A stretch of 64,000 nt of DNA from a virus. Below are positions 17,791 to 27,039 of the stretch, in pieces. Position 1 is the first letter of the stretch; every line of letters starts with the position of its first letter. The notes beneath the pieces are model-generated. The model saw nothing but the letters and a program-made list of their open reading frames with translations, was not told the origin of the DNA and made no database searches. The position numbers and the translations under genes are program-made. The stretch covers positions 36,908-100,907 of the IMG/VR virus record IMGVR_UViG_3300033145_000692, one strand, 5' to 3'.

Positions 17791-20580
17791 TTACTCATTA
17801 AGAAAGGCAGTTCCAGCACCCATCTTCTCACCTTCGGAATCATACTGGAAGTCGAAGACCTTACCGTCTTCCTCCTCACTATTACCCCATTTAGCGATGT
17901 CACAATCGACTATCAACTTTTCATCATCATCAACCTTCTTGAAGAAGGTTATCAATGGGGCTGACTCCTCAGTTTCACTATCTCTGATCATTGTTGTTCG
18001 GAGGTCAATCTTAAAAACTCCATCAATCGTTGGAATGTCTGAAATGTATTGATCCTCAAGATACCCCGTTCTGAGATCAGGATTGGGATTAGCCTGGGTA
18101 GACAACTCGGCATAGGTGTCTGAGAAGACCACCGCCTGTGCTGCAAAGTCGGCATCAGTTGGAGAGGAGTCTCCCCAGTCAGCGTGACCTATAAAGATAA
18201 CGTTAGGACCACCAACCCATACGACACCATCACCCCAGTTGTCTAGGTCTATAACCCCAATCGGAAGGGCACCATGGGCACCAGCACCAATACCATCGCC
18301 ACCGGCGTACCCTTGTTCCTCCTCCCAGTCTGTCGGAAACTTATCCCCTGTCGACAAAGCCGATGGCCAGAAGTGGAGGTACTCCACCATAGTCCCTGAC
18401 TTGACAGGTGTTAGACAGGTGAAGTCGATCGTATTATCAACCGAGTTGTAACTGGCTGATTCAACAATCGCTTTGATGGAACCTGTTGCAATGTGTTCAC
18501 CACTGAAGTCCAAGGTGATGGTGTCAAACGTTTCCAGGTTAAGCTTATTTAGATAGGACTTGAAACTGACCTTCTTCCATGTATTGGACTTCCGTATCAG
18601 CCAAAACGTCGCCGCCTTCAAGACGATGTCCGGTTGACTGAAACAGTAGAAATCGAACTCCTCAGTCTGGGTTCCATACTTCTTCACATTGTGGCGAAGG
18701 ATGATCTTCTGTTCTTCATTTTCAGCCCAACTCACTCTCCATTTGATAACCATTTTGGTTACCAAATCTTCAGTTGGAGTCAACTCTATTTGAAGACCTT
18801 CCCCGGCATCTACATCACTGTCTGTGATGGTGTTGTCACTGGTGGGGTCCTCTGGGAGGTACTTAATGTAGAATGTCCCATTGGACAGCCACAATGCACA
18901 CCTCGCCTGGAAAGCAATATCCTGAAGAACATCAAGGGTGTTCTTCCGATCGAGGATCGGAAAATTCATCGGGAAGAGATCAAGCTTGGTCCGAATCGCC
19001 GTGAAACTCGTTGAGTCGAATGACAAGTCGGTGAAATTGTTGATGATGTATTCGAGGATATCGACCGTGTGTGGACCTACATCCGACTCGAACGTAACGT
19101 ACAGATCATCTTCCCAACCCTGGTCGGGGATGCTGCTCAAAAGATTAGTCACAATGATCTGAACAGCCGTGATAGGTCCATAATTCACCGTCTCAACCCG
19201 ATAGAGTTCGGATGGTAGGTTCACGAGCTTCCTATCACTCTTGAACTTCTTGTAGGCTTTTACTGACAGCACTGTCCCAGAGATAGTACTGGCGACATAC
19301 GTGAACTCTTCATCATCATAGAGACTGACCTGCGTCCCAGCTTCTTCCCAATGGTGTTGTAGAATATGCTCAGGTTTTGTTGTCTTGTTCTCAGGTGTTT
19401 CCAACTCTGTGATGGTCATTTGACTGCGGACTGATCTGCCCCATGAGGTAAAGCATGGTAGATCAGTCTCAAGCCAGAGATTCTCTGGACCTATCTTCGG
19501 AGTGCATTTTACATGATAGGCAGCTTCCAATCGTTCGTATTCCTGGCTGATCACCAGAGCCTTCTCTTCGTTCTCCTCATGGAGACGATCGGTAACATGA
19601 AAGTTCACACCATCGAAGTACCCAGAAAAAATACCTGAGCCTATCCGAAGTTTGAGACCGATACCCTGTTGAAAATCCTCACCACCTAAGATACGCACAG
19701 GATTGCAACCCAGTGCGTCTCCACCTGCCTGGTCAATAGCCTGTTGGACTGTCAACTCCCTTTGAAGTTGTTGACACTCCTCTGCCAACACCTTCCGATA
19801 AAGATCATAACCTATCTGCGAGTATAAATCATTAGATTGCTGTTCAAGACTTTCGGCTTGGCCCACCTCGCCGCACTGAAGCATACCATCTGCTGCCCTA
19901 TTTAGATGATTCACTTGGAACATCTGTTTAGCGACATTCAAATCCACCTGGGAACCATTACCACCAAGTGGGGAATTCAAGTGGGCATCTTCCCCACTGA
20001 TGATCCCGATCCCACATTGTGTTGTACCAGTGAGTGCCCTATTAAATTGGAGGCAGGGTGAATCTTGTACTGTCCCAAAGATCATTGGCCAAGTTTTTCC
20101 AATCAAATCCTTCGGAATCCAATCGAAATCACCTTCTTCCGTTGAGAAACCTATCTCCTTGTCTTCAAGTTGCGAGATGACTGTGAAGGAGACGCTTCGG
20201 TCTCTCTCACTCCAAGTGATGGGCGAACTGATTTTACCTGCGAAAACGAGGAACTTGTCATCAGTTCCCAACCCTTCAAACCACTGATATACCCTGGCGC
20301 TCCTTTTGTGAATGTCATAGGTGTCGAGGATTGTTTTGATGGTGCCATCTGTGTCATCCAGTACAAGTGATATTTCTTGGGACGAGTTATTCTCACTGAC
20401 ATTGATCACATTGTCCAAGTCACTGACCTCAAGAATCCTGCCAGGAATACTTCCTACATCCCGGTCGGCATACTGAGACCCTTGTGTATCTTGCACCCAG
20501 TCTATTTCTATGATTGTCACAGGCTCGTTCCCGAGCTTGGTAGCGATTTTCGCTAGGGCATTTGCAGACAGATTTCTCAT
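17791..20580 (-). CDS. Tail tip / baseplate hub protein
   Basis: 929 aa at the end of the tail operon; PMIFG motif and hub-like C-terminal region. Confidence 0.7.
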   Translation of the reverse strand: MRNLSANALAKIATKLGNEPVTIIEIDWVQDTQGSQYADRDVGSIPGRILEVSDLDNVINVSENNSSQEISLVLDDTDGTIKTILDTYDIHKRSARVYQWFEGLGTDDKFLVFAGKISSPITWSERDRSVSFTVISQLEDKEIGFSTEEGDFDWIPKDLIGKTWPMIFGTVQDSPCLQFNRALTGTTQCGIGIISGEDAHLNSPLGGNGSQVDLNVAKQMFQVNHLNRAADGMLQCGEVGQAESLEQQSNDLYSQIGYDLYRKVLAEECQQLQRELTVQQAIDQAGGDALGCNPVRILGGEDFQQGIGLKLRIGSGIFSGYFDGVNFHVTDRLHEENEEKALVISQEYERLEAAYHVKCTPKIGPENLWLETDLPCFTSWGRSVRSQMTITELETPENKTTKPEHILQHHWEEAGTQVSLYDDEEFTYVASTISGTVLSVKAYKKFKSDRKLVNLPSELYRVETVNYGPITAVQIIVTNLLSSIPDQGWEDDLYVTFESDVGPHTVDILEYIINNFTDLSFDSTSFTAIRTKLDLFPMNFPILDRKNTLDVLQDIAFQARCALWLSNGTFYIKYLPEDPTSDNTITDSDVDAGEGLQIELTPTEDLVTKMVIKWRVSWAENEEQKIILRHNVKKYGTQTEEFDFYCFSQPDIVLKAATFWLIRKSNTWKKVSFKSYLNKLNLETFDTITLDFSGEHIATGSIKAIVESASYNSVDNTIDFTCLTPVKSGTMVEYLHFWPSALSTGDKFPTDWEEEQGYAGGDGIGAGAHGALPIGVIDLDNWGDGVVWVGGPNVIFIGHADWGDSSPTDADFAAQAVVFSDTYAELSTQANPNPDLRTGYLEDQYISDIPTIDGVFKIDLRTTMIRDSETEESAPLITFFKKVDDDEKLIVDCDIAKWGNSEEEDGKVFDFQYDSEGEKMGAGTAFLNE

Positions 20581-20972
20581 ATCTCATCTCCCTCAAACTC
20601 AATAGTGATCACCTGTGACTCTCCGCGAGGCATAGGTGAAATTGCCGGGGCTGCCCGGCTTGGTGTGTCAAACTCAAATGGATTATTCACCAGGTGTCCA
20701 ATCCACACACGATCATTGTGGTCCGTTACCTTAATCGTTGAAGCAAAGTAGGATTGGATGAAAGCTCGGACTTCCAAACCTTTGTTCCGAGTCAACTTGA
20801 AAGTCCACTGGAGCTTCTTACCCTGCTTCCTTTTAACGTAAGTGTACAACGTGCCGTCCATGGCTCTCTTGGCTGACAAGTCAACCCTGAGTGACTCACT
20901 GTCACCAAAGATTGGGTTGGGTAGGATCGAACTGGTCTGTAACTGTGGGAACGGAGCTTGAAAATAGAACAT
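20577..20972 (-). CDS. Distal tail / minor tail protein
   Basis: RAMDGTLYTY..LQWTF; similar to the central domain of the 575-aa tail protein. Confidence 0.6.
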   Translation of the reverse strand: MFYFQAPFPQLQTSSILPNPIFGDSESLRVDLSAKRAMDGTLYTYVKRKQGKKLQWTFKLTRNKGLEVRAFIQSYFASTIKVTDHNDRVWIGHLVNNPFEFDTPSRAAPAISPMPRGESQVITIEFEGDEI

Positions 20973-21017
20973 AGGCTACGCCTCCGTAAATTTGTGGAAT
21001 AATTCCTTAATCCTAGC

Positions 21018-21071
21018 GATACACACCCAACAATTTGGTCCATACACATTGATGATTGTCGGGTGTGTATC
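21018..21071 (-). other. 17-bp stem-loop in the intergenic region of the tail operon
   Basis: GATACACACCCGACAAT / ATTGTTGGGTGTGTATC on the minus strand; the single mismatch is a G-U pair. Confidence 0.7.
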
Positions 21072-21098
21072 ATCTAGATTATTTAGGATGCTTTTCCT

Positions 21099-21368
21099 TT
21101 AGCCAACAAATTCTTCACGTGGAATCTGAGTCGTCGCTGCCTTGGACGCCTCCGAGGTCTCCCAGAGGTATACTTCGTTGTTAAGCCACCGGGCAATTAC
21201 CTTCTTAGCCCACACGCTAGGAGCAAATTTCGCAATCATTGGATGCCCTTCTTCTAGGGGGTCTCCATCCCACTCTGGGTCTAAGATCTGTGGGCATGGG
21301 TACTTTCCATTAAGAGCAACAACAAAACGGACTGCTTTTTCGTCGGGGATATTCAACGGGATAATCAT
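21099..21368 (-). CDS. Hypothetical protein (possible fibre chaperone)
   Basis: 89 aa, AAGGAG RBS, downstream of the fibre gene. Confidence 0.65.
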   Translation of the reverse strand: MIIPLNIPDEKAVRFVVALNGKYPCPQILDPEWDGDPLEEGHPMIAKFAPSVWAKKVIARWLNNEVYLWETSEASKAATTQIPREEFVG

Positions 21369-21398
21369 TTTGTCTCCTTGTGGTAGAATTACAGTGCG

Positions 21399-21518
21399 CT
21401 AAAATCGGCCGGCGTTACGGATCGTGAGTTTATCCAGGTAGTCAGCCCACGCGGCGCTATTGGAACCAGACGCAACAAGAAGCTGGTTGTCAGCAGTGGG
21501 GTCGCCATAATCGTTCAT
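21399..21518 (-). CDS. 39-aa ORF, probable tail-fibre remnant
   Basis: GAAGGAG RBS; MNDYGDPTADNQLLVASGSNSAAW resembles the fibre segment ENYVLVADVSGNGVW. Confidence 0.4.
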   Translation of the reverse strand: MNDYGDPTADNQLLVASGSNSAAWADYLDKLTIRNAGRF

Positions 21519-21583
21519 AACTTTTCTCCTTCAAAGGGGTGTACCCTGAAGATCAGGGAGAAATTGTAAATAAGCCAGATCCC

Positions 21584-24184
21584 TTATTTGACCGTTTCTT
21601 GCCGGCTGCCAAGGGTGTCAATTTGGTAATGGACTCCGATCATCTCAACAAAGGGATCGTTGGCTGGTTCTGTCCCAGTACCTGTGATCCTCTTCACACG
21701 AATTTTCAAAAGGGCTCCTATTTTGTAGTTTGTCCCTGTGATTGCCCCAACAGTGAGGCGGTGATGCATCTTATCCGCCTCTGAAGCAATAATATCCTCT
21801 TCGTCAGATAAATTGGCCTCGGCCGCCATCACCTCAGCCCCATCACCGATCGAATAGAATACTTGGTATTTCACCTTCCGTGCTGTCCCGTCATTTGCGC
21901 CATCCGTTATGAAATGAACATGGACCTGGAGGTCAGTCCCCTCTTTCCAATCATGCAAAATTTCGGCGGTCGCTAGATCGGCATAGTCATCAATAGCAAA
22001 TGTGTACGAATTCAAATTCGTAGAATAAGAGTCCCAAGAAGGTGTATTTGATGCTGGGACTTTTGCCCCTGCAAGGGGTATGAATATGTCATTCCATACA
22101 ACTTCCGCGAGTTCAAGTGTCTTTTCCGTACCACAATCAAGAATGATATCAGACGGAGCAATAGCACCTGAATCTATGATGAAATCAGTTCCATCATAGT
22201 AGGCAAGAACATCTTTCCCTGCACCAAATACCAGATTCTGATTGTCAGCCGGAAGCCATACATGCCCACTGCTGTCGACCCAGATTCTTTCAACCCCATC
22301 GCCATCCGCAATGATGATGTTATTGGCTAGGTCGGCAGCCAGTCCAGCGACATTCGCGCCAATGATCGTGTTACTGTCACCGGTGGCAATGCTACGCCCG
22401 GTGTTATACCCAATCCCAGTGTTATTGCTACCGGTAGTCAGGTCGCGCAATGCGTACGACGCGATTCCAGTGTTGTAATTACCCTCGGTAAGCACTGGCA
22501 TCGTAAATGCACCAAGTCCGATATTGGATGATCCAAGAGTAACTGCATATAGTGCAGATTTTCCTATTGCAGTATTCGCATTAGCCAACGTACTCTTGAA
22601 CAGTGAGAGGTACCCGATGGCTACATTATTATCACCTTCGGTGTTAGATTTCAGGGCGTCCGATCCAATTGCTACATTCACTGACCCTGTAGTGTTATAG
22701 AACAGAGCTTGAACGCCAATTCCTACATTCCGTTCGCCCGACGTATTGTAATAGAGTGCTGCCTGACCAATCGCAAAGTTGCTCCAGCCTGTGGTGTTGA
22801 AATACAAAGCCGCTCTTCCAAATGCGGTATTCTGGTAACCAGTCGTGTTGCTGAAAAGCGATGTGTACCCAATACAGATGTTCTTGTAGCCCGTCGTGTT
22901 GTTATACAGCGAGTTCCGACCGAGTCCAACATTGTAGCTTCCAGACGTGTTGGTACGTCCAGCAGTCTCCCCAATATAGAGATTGGTGAGTCCGCCTGTT
23001 GAGCGGATATCAATTGTTCTTTCGGTATTGGCGTCTATGAGATAAAGCAACGGATCAGAGTTGGCTGTGATCTCCTTGGCTGACACCGAGTCGATCATTC
23101 CATCGAATGTTGAACCAGGGGTGAATGTAAGATCCAGGTTCGTAGTCGCTGTGGCCTTAAAGCTGATATAGTAGGTACCGTTACCTACTGTTTCACGTTC
23201 ACCTGTAAGACCACCAAGCGTGAGTGTGACCACACCAACTGTGCGGCTTGACATAACAAACTGAACGTGGTACGTTTCCCCATCTGTAACCGCAATTGAT
23301 TGAAGTAACGTGGGGATATTTCCAGTGGCGTGCAACGCTTTTCCGGAGGCGTCCCATGACCATCCGGTACCAGCAGTCCAGCTTGACAGGTCGGAAGCGA
23401 AATCACCGTTGGTGAGAAGTTCGGTTCCTAACACAGCATTATCATTACCGGAACCTTTAACATTCAACTGACCACCTGTTAGAGTTGCGGTTCCAACACC
23501 CATCTTGCCGGTCGTGGACAAGTCCTCATCATCGAAACTGATTGCGCCAGTGTCACTGGTGATGGTCACAGCCGTCAATTGATCAGCCGAGACTGTCCCG
23601 ATAGCACTTAGATTGCCTGAGGAATCCAGTTCCATTAACTCAGTCCAGGTGATTGTCGCAACCGCTGCTAGGGAAAAATTCCATGTGAAGGAATTCTGAT
23701 GGTATCCCATCGAGAACTTAAATCGTCTACCTAAGTCTGTTCGCACTGATTCCCATGTCTTAGTTACACGATCCCAATAGGCATTGTGAGTTAGGTATGT
23801 CTGGTAGTGGTAGTTATTATCCTTATCTCTGGAAGTACCCCCAAGAATTGAGAATCCACCGGCAGCACCCTCACCAATCCTTAAAATAGCATCTAAATCA
23901 CCAATTTGACAATCCCAGGTTGTATCAACACCAGAAGAGTTAATACTGATTGCGCCAGTGTCACTGGTGATCGCCGCGCCGTCAATCGTAATGTTGTCAA
24001 CAATGAGTGACGTGAGACCGGCTAGATCCGATGACCACACACCGTTCCCGCTTACATCGGCAACGAGAACATAATTCTCAGTGCCCCCGGTCGAAGGGAG
24101 ATTCCACCCACCAACATCAAGAGGCTCACCTGAAGCAAGCAGTTCGAGTTGACCGGCATTGATAGTTAGAGGTTTACGAGCCAT
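21584..24184 (-). CDS. Tail fibre / receptor-binding protein
   Basis: CBM-like domain (ELLTNGDF...W), 14-aa NTxGxxNxAxGxxAL repeats and a jelly-roll-like C-terminus. Confidence 0.85.
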   Translation of the reverse strand: MARKPLTINAGQLELLASGEPLDVGGWNLPSTGGTENYVLVADVSGNGVWSSDLAGLTSLIVDNITIDGAAITSDTGAISINSSGVDTTWDCQIGDLDAILRIGEGAAGGFSILGGTSRDKDNNYHYQTYLTHNAYWDRVTKTWESVRTDLGRRFKFSMGYHQNSFTWNFSLAAVATITWTELMELDSSGNLSAIGTVSADQLTAVTITSDTGAISFDDEDLSTTGKMGVGTATLTGGQLNVKGSGNDNAVLGTELLTNGDFASDLSSWTAGTGWSWDASGKALHATGNIPTLLQSIAVTDGETYHVQFVMSSRTVGVVTLTLGGLTGERETVGNGTYYISFKATATTNLDLTFTPGSTFDGMIDSVSAKEITANSDPLLYLIDANTERTIDIRSTGGLTNLYIGETAGRTNTSGSYNVGLGRNSLYNNTTGYKNICIGYTSLFSNTTGYQNTAFGRAALYFNTTGWSNFAIGQAALYYNTSGERNVGIGVQALFYNTTGSVNVAIGSDALKSNTEGDNNVAIGYLSLFKSTLANANTAIGKSALYAVTLGSSNIGLGAFTMPVLTEGNYNTGIASYALRDLTTGSNNTGIGYNTGRSIATGDSNTIIGANVAGLAADLANNIIIADGDGVERIWVDSSGHVWLPADNQNLVFGAGKDVLAYYDGTDFIIDSGAIAPSDIILDCGTEKTLELAEVVWNDIFIPLAGAKVPASNTPSWDSYSTNLNSYTFAIDDYADLATAEILHDWKEGTDLQVHVHFITDGANDGTARKVKYQVFYSIGDGAEVMAAEANLSDEEDIIASEADKMHHRLTVGAITGTNYKIGALLKIRVKRITGTGTEPANDPFVEMIGVHYQIDTLGSRQETVK

Positions 24185-24251
24185 GGTTCTCTCTCCCCAA
24201 ACGTATGTATTGAAACCTGCCCCTGACGCTCAGGAGCAGGTGTTGCTGACA

Positions 24252-24305
24252 TTACAACTTGATGATCTACAACTTGATGATCTACAACTTGATCTACAAC
24301 TTGAT
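24252..24305. repeat. Tandem duplication of the gene 3' end (ATCAAGTTGTAG x4, IKL-stop)
   Basis: Seen directly: four copies of TACAACTTGAT on the plus strand. Confidence 0.9.
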
Positions 24306-24776
24306 CGGGTCCATGATCGAGATTTCCAGTTCGGTAGTGCTGAGAGCTTTACCAACCTGAACCGAATACTCACCACCGGCAGTCGGAGAGGTATCCGTGA
24401 TGCGACCGGCTGTCGCAGCACTCAGGTAGTACACAGAGCCAGTCGTGAGACCACCTGTATCACCTGTGACAGCGTCCCACTGACCTGTCGTCGCCGAGAG
24501 CACACCATCGGACTGAACCATCCCAGCAGTGGCTGCGGCGATGGAGGGGTCCTTCACCAAAGCGACCATATCCATGGTACCTGCCGCATTGGCTTGAGCC
24601 TTATCACAAGTGTCGGCTCCGTCAATATAGACAGCCTCACCAATGACAGCAGGGGAACCATTGTTATTGGTCAATTCAATCAGGTCTACTTCGGCGAGAT
24701 CGGCATCGACAGTGTCACCTGCTTGGAGGCGTTCAATCCTACCTGCCACCATCACAAGGGTTTTTCGTGTTGCCAT
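24294..24776 (-). CDS. DUF2190/capsid-cement-like trimeric structural protein, paralog B
   Basis: GEAVYI, GLTTGSVYYLS...VGKALSTTEL; strongly similar to the neighbouring gene. Confidence 0.7.
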   Translation of the reverse strand: MATRKTLVMVAGRIERLQAGDTVDADLAEVDLIELTNNNGSPAVIGEAVYIDGADTCDKAQANAAGTMDMVALVKDPSIAAATAGMVQSDGVLSATTGQWDAVTGDTGGLTTGSVYYLSAATAGRITDTSPTAGGEYSVQVGKALSTTELEISIMDPIKL

Positions 24777-24793
24777 AGGGCATTCCTTTATGG

Positions 24794-25282
24794 TTAGAGT
24801 TTGACCGCATTCAGAATGGTGATTTCCATGTCCGTGGTACTGACAGCCTTACCAACGCGGATAACAAACTCACCATCGCCTGTTGGGGCTGTTTGTGTCA
24901 GATTTCCGGCGGTGGTCTCATCCAGGTAATAGACAGCACCGGCCGTTAGACCACCTGTCTCGCCAGTAACGGCATCCCACTGCCCGGTGGTAGCCGTCAG
25001 GACACCATCGGTCTGGATATTACCGCTGGATTGGTAGACAATTGAAGTCACTGCAACCAGTCCTAGAACCTCAACTGTTCCCACAGCATCAGCTTTTGCA
25101 TTGTCAACCTTACCAGCAGACTTTACATAGACAGGGGCGCCAATAACGATGGCAGCCGCACCGGTATCGTTTTCCAACGATACAACATCAACTTCGCCGG
25201 TGACAGCAGAGTCGAGCACATCACCCGATTGAATCTGTTGGATCTGACCATCGACGATAACAAGTGGTTTTCTCAATGCCAT
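24794..25282 (-). CDS. DUF2190/capsid-cement-like trimeric structural protein, paralog A
   Basis: GAPVYV, GLTAGAVYYLD...VGKAVSTTDM. Confidence 0.7.
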   Translation of the reverse strand: MALRKPLVIVDGQIQQIQSGDVLDSAVTGEVDVVSLENDTGAAAIVIGAPVYVKSAGKVDNAKADAVGTVEVLGLVAVTSIVYQSSGNIQTDGVLTATTGQWDAVTGETGGLTAGAVYYLDETTAGNLTQTAPTGDGEFVIRVGKAVSTTDMEITILNAVKL

Positions 25283-25294
25283 TTTATGGTTCCT

Positions 25295-27022
25295 TTACAA
25301 AAGAATTGGCAGTTCGATCTCAATGTCGAGAGTCCTGACATTTACTGCCCGACCCACACGGACTACAAATTGACCGACTGTAGTCGGAGCCGTAGTCGTA
25401 ATTCTCCCAGCAGTTGCTGAGTCAAGGAAGTAGGTAGCCCCGGGGGATAACTCCAAGGTACCAGCAATAGTAGTCCAATCCAAACGTTCGACCATCCCTT
25501 CCGTGAGGTATTGACAAGTCTCGCCCGACAGACAATCAACCTGGACGAAACCAACAACTTCAGTTGTTAATTGCGAGTCAGCTTTCGCCAAGTCAACTGA
25601 ACCGGCACCCGTGATATAGACAGGCTGTCCATCATCAAGGTCAACAGCGGCGATTGCTGTGTAGTAGTCTGTGGCACTTGGCATGGTTGGTAGAATCGGA
25701 TCACTGGGGACATAATAGCCATCGGCACGCTCCGAGCGTGTTGATGAATATCGAAGGGCAATCGGAACGATCTGCGGATTCCAAATTGGATCGAGTTCAC
25801 CTTCAAAGTCAAAGCTTGCTGTGAAGGAGTCAAACCGATCCTCAACAAGAGGTTCACTCGGTGAGGTTATCACACCTCTCCAGTAACGATGTTCCCAGTC
25901 GATCAATCCAATCTCTTGACCCAGGTGATCACTGATGAATGTTTGCAGTTCGTATGCTTCCACTCTCAGCAGACCTGAGAACGTCAACACAAGAGTCTGG
26001 ATTTTTGGCCAGATTGGGTCAGCGAAAACAATCAATGTTCCACCACGGGTCTCACGTAGCACACGGTTGAAAGCCAACCGATCCTTGTTCCCAAGGTTGG
26101 GCGTCTTCAAAGCAACCGAATCAGTCACTACACCAATTGATGGGTACACCAACTGGAATGGTACCTCGATACCCACCATAGGACCGTCGATAGCAGTAGG
26201 TGGTGGGTCGGGTGCATTTGAATCAGTGCTCTCGCCAACGAATGGAGAGTACTGCCATCGAGATGAACCCTTCTCAAGTATATAAGTTGCTGACTGTATT
26301 ACCCCAAGTGCAGACGAAGATTCCCTCGTGGCGCGGACAACTGAGTACGTCGCTGTCTGTCCAAGATTCAACGTTGAATCATCTGTTGAAAACCCAACGT
26401 CACCTGTTGAGGCTTGAGCAAAAACGATGATACTCTCAGCCTCTGGACCAAGCGTGAGGCTTGCCCAGACACTTTGACCAAGTGACATCGCACTGGTAGC
26501 GACACCTGGTATAGCTGTCGCAAGAACCTTGAAAACACTGGCGGTCTGTCTGAAGTCAATCCGTGAAGACTGTGACCTTGACTGGTCACCAGCATTTACC
26601 ACCGAATGTCGCAGACCAGTTTCCGTTGTGACAAACTCAAAGGTGTCGAAGTCCCAAACTTCTTCAGTAGTCGTCAGGTCAGACTCAGCCGACACCCTAA
26701 TTGGTTTAGTGGCTATTGCAGTCTGACCAAATTCGATAGTCGACGAAGTAGAAGCAAATTGAAACTGACTTCTAGCAGTTTGACTCAGTGACAGGATGTT
26801 ATCTGCTGATCGGTTGAGTATGGTGTAAGCAGTAGCATCACTTCCAATTGAAAGTGTAGAAGTGGCCTGAACAACTGGGTAAAGGACTTCAACCCGCTGC
26901 CTGGTTACATAGATATTTCCTGCTTCTTCTACAAGGGCTTCAACTCTTTGACGAGATACCTGAATTTCAGGGGCTTCTAAAACCAGAGCTTCTACTCTCT
27001 GACGGGAAACATAAATAGCCAT
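25295..27022 (-). CDS. Minor tail protein with N-terminal SRQRVE repeats and C-terminal DUF2190-like domain
   Basis: Three 17-aa repeats; C-terminal GQPVYI...PGATYFLD...VGRAV is homologous to the two downstream genes. Confidence 0.7.
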   Translation of the reverse strand: MAIYVSRQRVEALVLEAPEIQVSRQRVEALVEEAGNIYVTRQRVEVLYPVVQATSTLSIGSDATAYTILNRSADNILSLSQTARSQFQFASTSSTIEFGQTAIATKPIRVSAESDLTTTEEVWDFDTFEFVTTETGLRHSVVNAGDQSRSQSSRIDFRQTASVFKVLATAIPGVATSAMSLGQSVWASLTLGPEAESIIVFAQASTGDVGFSTDDSTLNLGQTATYSVVRATRESSSALGVIQSATYILEKGSSRWQYSPFVGESTDSNAPDPPPTAIDGPMVGIEVPFQLVYPSIGVVTDSVALKTPNLGNKDRLAFNRVLRETRGGTLIVFADPIWPKIQTLVLTFSGLLRVEAYELQTFISDHLGQEIGLIDWEHRYWRGVITSPSEPLVEDRFDSFTASFDFEGELDPIWNPQIVPIALRYSSTRSERADGYYVPSDPILPTMPSATDYYTAIAAVDLDDGQPVYITGAGSVDLAKADSQLTTEVVGFVQVDCLSGETCQYLTEGMVERLDWTTIAGTLELSPGATYFLDSATAGRITTTAPTTVGQFVVRVGRAVNVRTLDIEIELPILL

Positions 27023-27039
27023 AACAGCGTCTCCCTCAA

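Noticed and set aside
21584-24184. Diversity-generating retroelement acting on the fibre
   Set aside because: No reverse transcriptase and no adenine-specific TR/VR pair detected.
24252-24305. Amber (TAG) recoding suggested by repeated in-frame TAGs
   Set aside because: All long genes are intact under code 11, many end in TAG with tight coupling to the next gene, and no suppressor tRNA is present.
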